IMG/VR virus record: IMGVR_UViG_3300032047_000012
Coordinates: 1 to 60,695 of that record
Source: a virus
Taxonomy: Duplodnaviria > Caudoviricetes
Strand: one strand, 5' to 3'
Length of the DNA: 60,695 bases
The translations under genes and the position numbers were made by a program. Under the pieces are notes generated by a model. That model was given only the letters and a program-made list of their open reading frames with translations, was not told where the DNA came from and did not search any database. How positions within the stretch are numbered: the first letter of the stretch is position 1; each line of letters starts with the position of its first letter. Shown piece by piece: positions 44,814-53,266 of the stretch.

Positions 44814-47780
44814 TCAAACGTTATAAGTTTTCTGCTGACCACCACCAAAGTTGTCAGTCTTGAAATCATCTTTTCTCATTACAGTAACAATTTTCATTGT
44901 GTCTGGTCCTTTTCTCATCTCCAAGGCACAAACCAAATTCAATGCTGGTGTTTTAGCATTTGCTTTATGTCGAATAACAAAGGGTTCGTTATTTGAAATC
45001 TCACCATTTGCATAGTCTTGGATAACTAGTCCTAAACCTCGCTCGGCAGCCTGTAAAATAGCATCTTTTGAAATAGTTTTACCTTTTCCGTGTCGGAAAC
45101 GTCTTTCTTCTCCATGCTTGGAAGGCTCAAGGTCCATATCCTCTACATCAATAACTATTTTCATCTTTCCGACGTTAACAACCTCTTTATCACCGCCTAC
45201 TTTACCATAGGATGATTCATAGAGACTTTCGTCAGTAGTTTGTTTATAGGATGTCTTTGGAAACTCTTTCATAAGCTCAATAAGCTTTCTTGCAGAAGAA
45301 TCAATCATAATAATGTCGATTTCATTCTTTGGGTCGAGTTCACGAAGAGCATACCAGCGATGGTGACCATCAATGATGTGTTCATCATTAGAAGTCATAA
45401 GAGGTTTGCCTTTTGATAGATCAATTTCACCTGCTTTATGTTTTTCAGCCATTGAAAAGACTTTTTCTAAATTAATCTCTCTTTGAACTGGCTTTAAAAC
45501 GCCAACAGGAAAAGAAGCATCAAAACTCTCTATGTTTTGCGATTCCAACCATTGGATAAATTCTGGAACGTCAGTTGATTTGATTTGAGGTAGTTCATTT
45601 CTAGAAATCCCTAAACCATCTTCTAAATCAATAATTCCTCTCTCGGCATTGGCGTCTACTTCACGCATAATCTCTTTTGCAGGAACTTCTTCCTCTACTT
45701 TATTGACGACAGTGGCTTTACCTGTTTTGACATCTACAGAAACCACAGTTTTAGTAACAATCTCGACTTCCGTCGTTGAATTATCACCCCCTTTCGTAAT
45801 GGTATTTGTGTTAGGGGTTTCTTCGTCATCGTCAGGGTCTAAACCACCATCGTCAATAGAGCTAGGACCGCCTAGTTGCCCGTCTGGACCTGGGTTATTG
45901 TCAATTTCAAGTGCTTCATCAATCATTCGCCAAACTTCGCTTAAAACGGCAGTCTCGGCTTTGGGAAATAAGTTAAATTCTTCATCTATTACCTGGCTTA
46001 CGATATCTTCCCAAAGGTCCATAGCAGAAGCGCCAGAAAGAGGGACCATTTTCATAAAAGTCTCAACATCTCGGTTGGCAATAGCGTTTCCAAGAAGAGT
46101 TCCACTTGCACCAGTGTCTGACATCGAGCCATCAACCTGAACTGCCTTAACAGGTAGGTTATTTTTCTCAATAAACCTTCCCATTCTATCAAAGCGAGCA
46201 TCAGAGCCGTCTTTTTCGCCCTTTGAAACAAGAACAGTCGTTCCTTCTGGGAACTCTTTCAACATTTCATAGGAATCTGCGATAGGAGAAGGGTATTTTG
46301 AGATAATAGGAATAATTTTGCCTTTATATCCGTTTTCGTCAATGTATCTATTCCACATTTTCTCTGAAATCTCTGGAAAGACAATAAATAAGCCGCCTTC
46401 TGTCTCTCGCTTGACTGGTTTCTTGGAAATAATAATAAAAACCTTGTCTGCGTCGTAAGAATCAACCATTTCTTTCGCACCGAGGAAGTGTCCTGCGTGT
46501 GGCGGCTTAAATTTACCAGGAAAAAGACCAATTCGCTCACCAGAACTCGCTTCTTCGTTCAAATCTCCGCCTCTTTTACTTTCCCAAGGTAATAATCCCA
46601 TAATTTGGTTGATAGGAGCAAAGGAACCAGTCAATTTGTAAGTTGCTCCGTCAAAAGCGAACACAAAACCTTCCATTGAAGACGAAATCTTGTCTAAACT
46701 CTTGAGTTTCCCAAGACCAGCCTTAAGTTTTTGGATTTTCGTCTCATCACCAGTAGCCTCAATGTCTGAAATAGCCTGTTCAAGCCTATCAGCCATCCTA
46801 ACTACCTCGTCTTTATGAGAAAGAACGAACCGAGACTTCAATCCGTCGAGCATTTCTACTGCAAAGTCGTGAACAATGTCTTCTAGAGGATAAATAATTT
46901 CTTTTTTTACTCTTTTATCGTCTTTAACAAAGTCTCTAACAGCATTTTTAACCTCTGGGTCTTTGATAGTCTTATAAATTTGTGTTGCGGTAACACCCTT
47001 TACGCCAAACATTCTTTGAAGAAGCATCTTTTTAGTAGTTTCTTCTAAATCTGGAAACATTCTTTTAACAAGGGCATCTAATTTAGAGATAATGTATTCC
47101 CCAACAGTAGCACCTTCGCCCACTTGTGAGTCAGCGAGTAGTTTTTTAAGCCTACTAACTGCTGTTGTGAGAGCTTTATCATCCGAAAGAGCCCGAAGAC
47201 GTTCTACTGCTTTCATCTCGACACCAAAAGCACCTTCTTTATCAGACTTTTGAATTTGTTTTAATGCCTTTCCGAGTAAATTAGCTTCGGCTGAAACATC
47301 TCTATCAGTTACTTTGCCTGATTCACGGTCATATTCTCCGTGACCATCTCTGTGGATAATAAAGTTCTTGGAATTGTAGTTAATAATGTTTGGATTATCA
47401 GGGTCCATTACTTCTGCGTTATAAAAAATGTTAGCATCTGGACCGAAGACTTTTATTTTTACGTCATCTGATAGTTGTTGAACTGCATCAACGAATGCTT
47501 CGAAGGCTCCATTGAATGCTTTCTCTAATGTTCCACGACCTGCAAATTTAGCAGCGAGAGCTTCTGCATCCATTCCGCCTTTCTTTACATTACCTACATT
47601 ACGTGCAGCTTTTGCTTTGCCGTCCTTCACAGAATAAGAGACAAATAAGTTTTGACCGTCAAGCTTTTCTCCACCAGTGATTTCACCGTTGGAAGCAGCT
47701 TGCATTATCTTTATCATATCCGTGAATGATAAATCTGGATTGTCATAAAGATGATCTACGTGTCCGCCTAATCCACCCAT
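44814..47780 (-). CDS. Multidomain protein: RNA-ligase-like nucleotidyltransferase (DUF6267-like) + HIGH cytidylyltransferase-like + ParB/Srx-like + small putative RNase domain
   Basis: EKLDG (47655-47666), EGFVF and YKLTG are ligase motifs I/IV/V. PGKFKPPHAGH (HxGH at 46488-46499). LKPVQ...IIDGHHRW (45357-45371). C-terminal SKHGEERR...IVTVMRK. Confidence 0.8.
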   Translation of the reverse strand: MGGLGGHVDHLYDNPDLSFTDMIKIMQAASNGEITGGEKLDGQNLFVSYSVKDGKAKAARNVGNVKKGGMDAEALAAKFAGRGTLEKAFNGAFEAFVDAVQQLSDDVKIKVFGPDANIFYNAEVMDPDNPNIINYNSKNFIIHRDGHGEYDRESGKVTDRDVSAEANLLGKALKQIQKSDKEGAFGVEMKAVERLRALSDDKALTTAVSRLKKLLADSQVGEGATVGEYIISKLDALVKRMFPDLEETTKKMLLQRMFGVKGVTATQIYKTIKDPEVKNAVRDFVKDDKRVKKEIIYPLEDIVHDFAVEMLDGLKSRFVLSHKDEVVRMADRLEQAISDIEATGDETKIQKLKAGLGKLKSLDKISSSMEGFVFAFDGATYKLTGSFAPINQIMGLLPWESKRGGDLNEEASSGERIGLFPGKFKPPHAGHFLGAKEMVDSYDADKVFIIISKKPVKRETEGGLFIVFPEISEKMWNRYIDENGYKGKIIPIISKYPSPIADSYEMLKEFPEGTTVLVSKGEKDGSDARFDRMGRFIEKNNLPVKAVQVDGSMSDTGASGTLLGNAIANRDVETFMKMVPLSGASAMDLWEDIVSQVIDEEFNLFPKAETAVLSEVWRMIDEALEIDNNPGPDGQLGGPSSIDDGGLDPDDDEETPNTNTITKGGDNSTTEVEIVTKTVVSVDVKTGKATVVNKVEEEVPAKEIMREVDANAERGIIDLEDGLGISRNELPQIKSTDVPEFIQWLESQNIESFDASFPVGVLKPVQREINLEKVFSMAEKHKAGEIDLSKGKPLMTSNDEHIIDGHHRWYALRELDPKNEIDIIMIDSSARKLIELMKEFPKTSYKQTTDESLYESSYGKVGGDKEVVNVGKMKIVIDVEDMDLEPSKHGEERRFRHGKGKTISKDAILQAAERGLGLVIQDYANGEISNNEPFVIRHKANAKTPALNLVCALEMRKGPDTMKIVTVMRKDDFKTDNFGGGQQKTYNV

Positions 47781-48050
47781 TTACTTATCCTTCTTTCCTT
47801 TTACGTTCTCTTCTAAAACACGAAGCTGCTCTTCTAGCGTTGCGACTCTCTCGTTCGCTCTTCGTAGGTGACTTTTTACTTCTTTTAAATTGTGTCTCGC
47901 CAACTCAATTCTACGTGAGTCTCGGAGTGATTTTGGGTTGAGCGAAGATAAGGCTTCGTCGATAGACTGAACTAAAGACTTCCAGTCAACGAGTTTTTTA
48001 GCACCCTCGCTCATAATGAACCTCTTCGTCATTGTTCTTAAATCTAACAT
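47781..48050 (-). CDS. Small coiled-coil protein
   Basis: 89 aa with GGAGG RBS and heptad pattern. Late motif at 48104-48111. Confidence 0.75.
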   Translation of the reverse strand: MLDLRTMTKRFIMSEGAKKLVDWKSLVQSIDEALSSLNPKSLRDSRRIELARHNLKEVKSHLRRANERVATLEEQLRVLEENVKGKKDK

Positions 48051-48149
48051 AACAGCCCTCCAAAGTCAAGTATAATAGTACTTTATTTATAAAATAACAC
48101 TTATAATTAGTCTTTTGAGGGATAAAGGGAGGATAAAATATAATACAAA

Positions 48150-48179
48150 CAAAAAAGCCCCCACACAAGGTGGAGGCTT
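48150..48179 (-). terminator. Rho-independent terminator
   Basis: Minus strand AAGCCTCCAC-CTTGT-GTGGGGGCTT followed by a T run, downstream of 48202..49785. Confidence 0.85.
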
Positions 48180-48201
48180 ATTGAGATAAATTATTTATCT
48201 T

Positions 48202-49344
48202 TTATTTTTTGAAGTTCCAAGCCTTCATAAGTCTTTCGTTCAAAAGGGAAGAACGTTTATTGCGAATGCTCTTATTCCAATCTTCTGAAAGAGTTCTTGC
48301 GTCTGTTCTCATTTGAGCATAGAAGTCTTCTTGTGTCTCGGCAATGTCTGGAAGTTCTACGTCGCTTGTGTCAAGATAATCCTGAACATCAGCACCAGTA
48401 TATTCTACTCTGCCTTCTGAATCAGTAACAACGTCGCCAGAACCTAACTCGCCGTAAAGCCAGTCAGCAAGTTCCTCGTTTTCTTCCATTGCTCGAACGT
48501 CAGTTTCGATGTCGCCAGTAAAACGAACACCAGGGATGATGTGCTTCATGTCGCCATATCTGTCTTCTGAAGAAGTAATGTCGTCTTCAATAGCTTCGTT
48601 TGCTTCTTGTTCTTCTTTCTCTTTTCTCATTCGCTCGTCGTAAGCATCTTTCATTGCTTGTCGTCTGCGAAGATCTCTTTGAAAAGCAGATAACTTTTCC
48701 TCGTCTACTTCTTCTTCGGAATCAATAATTGCTTTCTGAAGGTGATCTGGAAGTTCGTCTTTCTGATCGCCTGTAAGTGCTGGATTGTCGTTGTGCTTGT
48801 CTGTGGTTTTTTCTTCCATCGGGCGCTGCCCTGGCATCTTACTATATCCATCAGCGTCAAACCCAGGTTCCACACCTTGCATTTGTGCGAGAACGTCGGT
48901 AACCATGTCATCAATCATTTCGATTCGTTCAACTACAGCAGGATCAATGGACATTTTTGCGATTTGAGAAATTTCAGCACCGATTTTTTCAATCTGTGTA
49001 ATTGTTCTGGACATCTCGTCGCCTTCTGCGACAACCTCTTCTTCCATAGGACAACCACAAGGAGACTCTCCACAGGAGGCACACATGCCTTCCATCATTT
49101 CGTCTTCGTCTTCGTCGGCACCGAACTCATCATCCATATCACGTTGAATGTCTGCGGGAGCGTCTGAAGCCCTGCCTCGTGGGTTATCCTTCAAAAAAGG
49201 AAATTCCTTCTCCAAATCATTCATATAAGGATCATCATCATAATCATCATGATCATCGTATCCCATCTCCTCAAGACGATTCTCTTTAAGAACCTTAGTA
49301 ACCGCCTCCTTTACAATATTTCTTAAATCGCCTTTAGTGCTCAT
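48202..49344 (-). CDS. Probable nested in-frame product starting at MSTKGDLRNIVKE
   Basis: In-frame ATG at 49342-49344 with TAAGGAG RBS (49354-49360) and ACTATTTA motif at 49385-49392. Confidence 0.6.
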   Translation of the reverse strand: MSTKGDLRNIVKEAVTKVLKENRLEEMGYDDHDDYDDDPYMNDLEKEFPFLKDNPRGRASDAPADIQRDMDDEFGADEDEDEMMEGMCASCGESPCGCPMEEEVVAEGDEMSRTITQIEKIGAEISQIAKMSIDPAVVERIEMIDDMVTDVLAQMQGVEPGFDADGYSKMPGQRPMEEKTTDKHNDNPALTGDQKDELPDHLQKAIIDSEEEVDEEKLSAFQRDLRRRQAMKDAYDERMRKEKEEQEANEAIEDDITSSEDRYGDMKHIIPGVRFTGDIETDVRAMEENEELADWLYGELGSGDVVTDSEGRVEYTGADVQDYLDTSDVELPDIAETQEDFYAQMRTDARTLSEDWNKSIRNKRSSLLNERLMKAWNFKK

Positions 49345-49785
49345 TTGTAATTTCTCCTTAATAAAGCTTTTTCTAACACTCTCATAAATAGTTTGAACTT
49401 TTGGATTTGACTTATAGTTGTCTTCCCAATCCCTAAAGCACATGTTGCCTTGTAGGTAAGCCTCCGCTTCCAAGCCTCGAAGGACTTCATCGGATTGGGC
49501 ATATCCCGGTTTGGTGGGCGCTAGGTTATCCATCTTGCCGTCACAATTTTGACGGTGATGAACTAATTCGTGTGCAATAGATCTTAAAATATCCTTAGGA
49601 TGCCTTCCATCTGTGTAAACGGCAACGTTCATACTTGAGGGATCATAATAAGCAGTCTTACCTAATACGCTAATTGCATTTTCAGGATCGCTGATGAACT
49701 GAATCGTAGCGTCCGTGGAAAATCCAATCCTCTGTTTTGCAAAATTATAAAAATGTGCTAGGAGTTTTTGAAATTCACTTTCCAT
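48202..49785 (-). CDS. N-terminal HExxH metallopeptidase-like domain fused to a long acidic probable internal head protein
   Basis: GKTAYYDP...DILRSIAHELVHHRQ...LEAEAY, then an acidic region with a CASCGESPCGC motif. Confidence 0.78.
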   Translation of the reverse strand: MESEFQKLLAHFYNFAKQRIGFSTDATIQFISDPENAISVLGKTAYYDPSSMNVAVYTDGRHPKDILRSIAHELVHHRQNCDGKMDNLAPTKPGYAQSDEVLRGLEAEAYLQGNMCFRDWEDNYKSNPKVQTIYESVRKSFIKEKLQMSTKGDLRNIVKEAVTKVLKENRLEEMGYDDHDDYDDDPYMNDLEKEFPFLKDNPRGRASDAPADIQRDMDDEFGADEDEDEMMEGMCASCGESPCGCPMEEEVVAEGDEMSRTITQIEKIGAEISQIAKMSIDPAVVERIEMIDDMVTDVLAQMQGVEPGFDADGYSKMPGQRPMEEKTTDKHNDNPALTGDQKDELPDHLQKAIIDSEEEVDEEKLSAFQRDLRRRQAMKDAYDERMRKEKEEQEANEAIEDDITSSEDRYGDMKHIIPGVRFTGDIETDVRAMEENEELADWLYGELGSGDVVTDSEGRVEYTGADVQDYLDTSDVELPDIAETQEDFYAQMRTDARTLSEDWNKSIRNKRSSLLNERLMKAWNFKK

Positions 49786-49786
49786 T

Positions 49787-50131
49787 TTATTTTTTACTTA
49801 TAAGTTTGAGCGCCAAGGTAAGAGCTTGTCTGGCGTCTTTTTTATCATCGAATTGATTAACTAAGAGGGCAATTAATTGAGCCTTCTCTCTAGTATCATT
49901 TATCTTTGACATTAGGGGTGCAAGCTTCTTATCATTTAACATAATTTCAAAAGCGTTCTCGACATCTGTCTTGACGCCTGCGGCTTTAGCAACGCCTCTT
50001 CCCACGCCCACGCCAGTACCAGCAGCGTCAGAACCCGCTCCAGCAGGAGGAGCAGTTTCAGGCTTCTCAGAGAGTGCTTTTTTGACTTCTTCTAAAATGA
50101 TCTTTTTTAACAGTTGTCCAGAAATGTTCAT
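49787..50131 (-). CDS. Small probable internal head protein
   Basis: Leader MNISGQLLKKIILEEVKKALSE, GGAGGAG RBS, coupled to the upstream Hc1-like ORF. Confidence 0.75.
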   Translation of the reverse strand: MNISGQLLKKIILEEVKKALSEKPETAPPAGAGSDAAGTGVGVGRGVAKAAGVKTDVENAFEIMLNDKKLAPLMSKINDTREKAQLIALLVNQFDDKKDARQALTLALKLISKK

Positions 50132-50304
50132 TTCTTAATCTCCTCCATAATTATTGCCCTTAACTCTTTAAGAGACTTCATGGCATCAAGAGATACCTTC
50201 CTTAGTCTCCGTCCGGCAGAAGCATTTCCCTTATTACACTTTTCAGCGTCCTCTTGTGCCAGAGTCAAGTCTTTTATGATTTGTTCGAATTTTTCTATAA
50301 TCAT
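50128..50304 (-). CDS. Histone H1-like Hc1-family small protein (58 aa; absent from the ORF track)
   Basis: Hand translation MIIEKFEQIIKDLTLAQEDAEKCNKGNASAGRRLRKVSLDAMKSLKELRAIIMEEIKK. DAEK..KGNxxAGxRxRK.S....K..KELR is the Hc1 core. AAGGAG RBS, late motif at 50326-50333. Confidence 0.85.
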   Translation of the reverse strand: MIIEKFEQIIKDLTLAQEDAEKCNKGNASAGRRLRKVSLDAMKSLKELRAIIMEEIKK

Positions 50305-50352
50305 GGTTAAGTCTCCTTTCGTCTATAAATAGTATTATTTAGAGTAAATATC

Positions 50353-50667
50353 CTAGTTTTCACAAAAAGCGAAACTTAGAAATGATCCGATTATGAGGCT
50401 GTATACAATAAAACAGACAACAGAGCCCCATTGAGAAGTCTTAGAATTTGATGTTTTGTATAAAAAGAAACAACAAGAGCCACCTAATAAAATCTTTAAA
50501 ACGACAAAGCTCATTGGGTGTGTGTATATTAGGGGTATCCAAAGTGGGTTTGCCTCCTGAAGGAGTCTTAACTTTGAGATATAATGGTAGGAAAATAGAG
50601 CATCGGCAATATTGAGAATGAACGTGCCAAGTATGAGTTTTTGAAATATATCTTTATTCTTCTTCAC
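50353..50667 (-). CDS. Small multi-pass membrane protein (DUF5658-like)
   Basis: LNIADALFS...EANPL...F...K pattern with three hydrophobic helices. Confidence 0.75.
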   Translation of the reverse strand: MKKNKDIFQKLILGTFILNIADALFSYHYISKLRLLQEANPLWIPLIYTHPMSFVVLKILLGGSCCFFLYKTSNSKTSQWGSVVCFIVYSLIIGSFLSFAFCEN

Positions 50668-50821
50668 CTGCTATGTCGATAATGATGACGCAGCCGCCTT
50701 CCTCATCTTCCTCCTCACGCTCTTCGTAGAGAGGTTGGGGAACAGAAATATAAAGCGGTTCTGGTTCCCACTGCTCTAGGAGTGACTCTTCGGCTGAAAT
50801 AAGAACGTCTATATCATCCAT
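50654..50821 (-). CDS. Small acidic protein
   Basis: ATG at 50819-50821 with GGAGG RBS gives MDDIDV...EPLYISVPQP...GGCVIIIDI. The longer ORF-track start overlaps the upstream gene. Confidence 0.65.
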   Translation of the reverse strand: MDDIDVLISAEESLLEQWEPEPLYISVPQPLYEEREEEDEEGGCVIIIDIAGEEE

Positions 50822-51395
50822 TAACTTCCTCCAAGAAAGCAAGAGCCTCTTGAGCGTTGTTTTGGAAATGAAAACCCAAGCCTCCATTTTCACGCCAAGG
50901 GCAAATCTTGCTCATAAAGTCATCAAAGAGAACATTACCCTCACCCTCTGTTGTAGCGTGAAGAAACTTTTCGTGCTCAAAGATTACCTCTCTAATATTA
51001 CATAGTCCAAGATTATTTTCTAACCAAATTCGCTTGCCTTCTAGACTTTCTTGGGCTCCTCTTTTATCCATAGGGCTGGTGAGGATAGTAACATTGTAAC
51101 CCTTGATGCCTTCCCACAACTCACGTCCAGCAGGATTCCATTCTAAGTTAGCCCAGAACTCTTTGTCGTTATGAACAACGAGGTACATAAACTCAGAAGC
51201 TTTCTTGCTGCCAGTTGGAGTATACTTTTCTAAGTCACCCTCAACAACATAGTTGCGACCAACTTCTTCTTTGACCTCTTGAGCTAATTGGGCTAGCTCG
51301 GGAGGTGGGTTATTTAAAACCTCGTTAACTCGTGGGACAGCCCCACCGATGAAGTCAACAAGGACTCCATCCATATCACAAAAAACATTTCTCAT
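50814..51395 (-). CDS. HAD-superfamily 5'(3')-deoxyribonucleotidase-like protein
   Basis: FCDMDGVLVDF (DxD), ILTS, K, LFDD motifs. ATG at 51393-51395 with AAGGAG RBS. Confidence 0.88.
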   Translation of the reverse strand: MRNVFCDMDGVLVDFIGGAVPRVNEVLNNPPPELAQLAQEVKEEVGRNYVVEGDLEKYTPTGSKKASEFMYLVVHNDKEFWANLEWNPAGRELWEGIKGYNVTILTSPMDKRGAQESLEGKRIWLENNLGLCNIREVIFEHEKFLHATTEGEGNVLFDDFMSKICPWRENGGLGFHFQNNAQEALAFLEEVNG

Positions 51396-51427
51396 TGGTT
51401 TCTCCTTAACAACCACGCTACATGTAC

Positions 51428-51456
51428 ACTATAATAGATAGAGCAGTGAAAGTCAA
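51428..51456 (-). promoter_or_regulatory. Sigma70-type promoter
   Basis: TTGACT-17 nt-TATAGT. Confidence 0.75.
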
Positions 51457-51472
51457 GCATAAACGACATTCA

Positions 51473-51661
51473 TTATGGATTTTTTACCAACTGAACGTCG
51501 TGGGCACGAAACTTACGAGTCTGTCCATTAACCAACACTGTGGCTGTTTTCATTAATTTATTATATTCGACAAGAACACCCTGAATGTTGAAAGGATTTT
51601 CTTCTCTTACATTTGGAAACTGGCTGAACTCACGACAACGAACTAACGCACCGACTTTCAT
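51473..51661 (-). CDS. Small SH3/KOW-like hypothetical protein
   Basis: MKVGALVR...GVLVEY...ATVLV...VQLV. AAGGAG RBS. Confidence 0.7.
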   Translation of the reverse strand: MKVGALVRCREFSQFPNVREENPFNIQGVLVEYNKLMKTATVLVNGQTRKFRAHDVQLVKNP

Positions 51662-51682
51662 AGGAACTCCTTTACCACCAAC

Positions 51683-51889
51683 TCACAAACTAATAGTAGC
51701 ATAACTTTCTTGAGAAGTCAAGCTATTCACTGTGATTTCTTCTATTTCTTTCCAAGTATTTAATTCATCCACAAGTGACCACTGTGGGGTCTTGAGCCGC
51801 TTACCTGTAAAGGCGCAGACTTCGGAAGGGATATAACCGTTATCTTCGGTCAACTCAACTATCATTTCAAAGAATTCTACCTTTGTCAT
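51683..51889 (-). CDS. Small hypothetical protein
   Basis: ATG at 51887-51889 with AGGAG RBS, behind a sigma70-type promoter. Confidence 0.65.
   Translation of the reverse strand: MTKVEFFEMIVELTEDNGYIPSEVCAFTGKRLKTPQWSLVDELNTWKEIEEITVNSLTSQESYATISL
51693..51721 (-). promoter_or_regulatory. Sigma70-type promoter
   Basis: TTGACT-17 nt-TACTAT, within the 3' end of the upstream ORF. Confidence 0.7.
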
Positions 51890-51916
51890 TCCTGTCTCCT
51901 CTCTCAATGCACAATA

Positions 51917-51945
51917 ACTATACTAAAGAGAAGAGCAAAAGTCAA
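51917..51945 (-). promoter_or_regulatory. Sigma70-type promoter
   Basis: TTGACT-17 nt-TATAGT. Confidence 0.75.
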
Positions 51946-52175
51946 GAAGATAATAAAATTAAGTTTTGTTTTTTTACGTGGTCTACGTAGAGGACATCTT
52001 TATTATAAGAGACTGGGTGGTTCTTGGTAGGAATCCAAGCAACTCTCCAACAATCTTTTAGGTAGGGATTATCTTTTACTTCTCGGATGGCTATTCCAAG
52101 ACGATAAGCTAAAGGACCAGTTTGTCTATGAACAACTTTATGTTTGACTAACGAGCCTGTCTTTATCAAAGTCAT
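51942..52175 (-). CDS. Small SH3/KOW-like hypothetical protein
   Basis: IKTGSLVKH...GIAI...WRVAW...LILLS. GGAGG RBS, ATGA coupling. Confidence 0.7.
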   Translation of the reverse strand: MTLIKTGSLVKHKVVHRQTGPLAYRLGIAIREVKDNPYLKDCWRVAWIPTKNHPVSYNKDVLYVDHVKKQNLILLSS

Positions 52176-52765
52176 TTCCTCCGACGTCGCTGATAAGGTT
52201 CTTCAAAAGTAAACATTTCATATTCTTCATTAACATCACGCATGAGTTCATCAAAGACAAGCATTGTTCTTTCACAATCAACGAGCGCCGTGTGAGCCCT
52301 ACCTTGAACGTTTACCTTATAATGTTCTACGAGATAATCCATTCCCGAACGTTGCAGCCAGGATGCCCTTACGAGCCTGTCAGCTATGGACTTTGTGTCA
52401 ATATAAGGAGGAAAGCTTGGAACCTCCAGATCATTGCGAGAACAAATCTCGTGAATAAAATTTAAATCAAAAATAAGGTTCTGTCCGAGCAGGACATCTG
52501 AACCTTCGATAATCTCTCTGACCTCTGGAAGAACTTCTAGGGCATTGGGAGAACCAGCCCATTCTTCAATAGTAAAACCATTTACTTGAAGTGCTCTTTC
52601 CGAAGCCGTGTGAAGTTGTTGTGGGTTTATTTTCTTTTCCCACTTCTTCATTACATAACGATTACCCTCTGCGTCGAGAACATAAGTTATCGCTGCTATC
52701 TGAATAATCTCGTGAATATCAGGGTCAAGCCCTGTCGTTTCTGTATCTATAACTGTTAGTATCAT
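52172..52765 (-). CDS. DEDDh 3'-5' exonuclease (DnaQ/epsilon-like)
   Basis: IDTETTGL, GQNLIFD, AHTALVD = ExoI/II/III motifs. Confidence 0.93.
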   Translation of the reverse strand: MILTVIDTETTGLDPDIHEIIQIAAITYVLDAEGNRYVMKKWEKKINPQQLHTASERALQVNGFTIEEWAGSPNALEVLPEVREIIEGSDVLLGQNLIFDLNFIHEICSRNDLEVPSFPPYIDTKSIADRLVRASWLQRSGMDYLVEHYKVNVQGRAHTALVDCERTMLVFDELMRDVNEEYEMFTFEEPYQRRRRK

Positions 52766-53266
52766 TTATTCCTCTTCTTCCGTTGCCCAAAAAACATAGG
52801 ACATTACACATTCAGTCATCATTCTATCAAACTTTTTGTGATTTATAAAGTGATTTAAAATATTGTCTCCGAGATTTCTTCCCAACTTCCAAGACTCTAT
52901 CTCTTCTCCGAGAATAGAAATTCTATAAGCATCAGAGTTCCTTCTTCTCTCGTCCTTCTGGTCAACGTAATAGGGATAGTTGTATTCAAAGTTCTCTGGA
53001 TTCTCTGAAACAATGATGTGCCCGCACTCGTGAAGAAGGGCATAGTAACGACTCTCCCATTTAGGCTTGCTATTTATTCTTACAAGGTCGTTGCCCCATT
53101 CTATAATGTCTTCGCAATCTTTCTCTAAAACAACTTTAATGTCACGTTGAGCTAACCAGTCTTCTAGTTCAAGGAACTGACGTTTCCAGATATCGGATTT
53201 TTTAATGTTAAACTGTTTGGCGATTTCGCTTAATAGGGTTTGGAAAGAAACTTTATCAGTAGTCAT
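52766..53266 (-). CDS. HExxH metallopeptidase-like protein (ImmA/IrrE-like)
   Basis: ALLHECGH...EEIESW. The ATG at 53264-53266, overlapping the upstream small ORF, is the likelier start. Confidence 0.7.
   Translation of the reverse strand: MTTDKVSFQTLLSEIAKQFNIKKSDIWKRQFLELEDWLAQRDIKVVLEKDCEDIIEWGNDLVRINSKPKWESRYYALLHECGHIIVSENPENFEYNYPYYVDQKDERRRNSDAYRISILGEEIESWKLGRNLGDNILNHFINHKKFDRMMTECVMSYVFWATEEEE

Noticed and set aside
49230-49262. ATC-rich microsatellite-like run
   Set aside because: It encodes YDDHDDYDDD in frame; low-complexity protein rather than a phase-variation tract.
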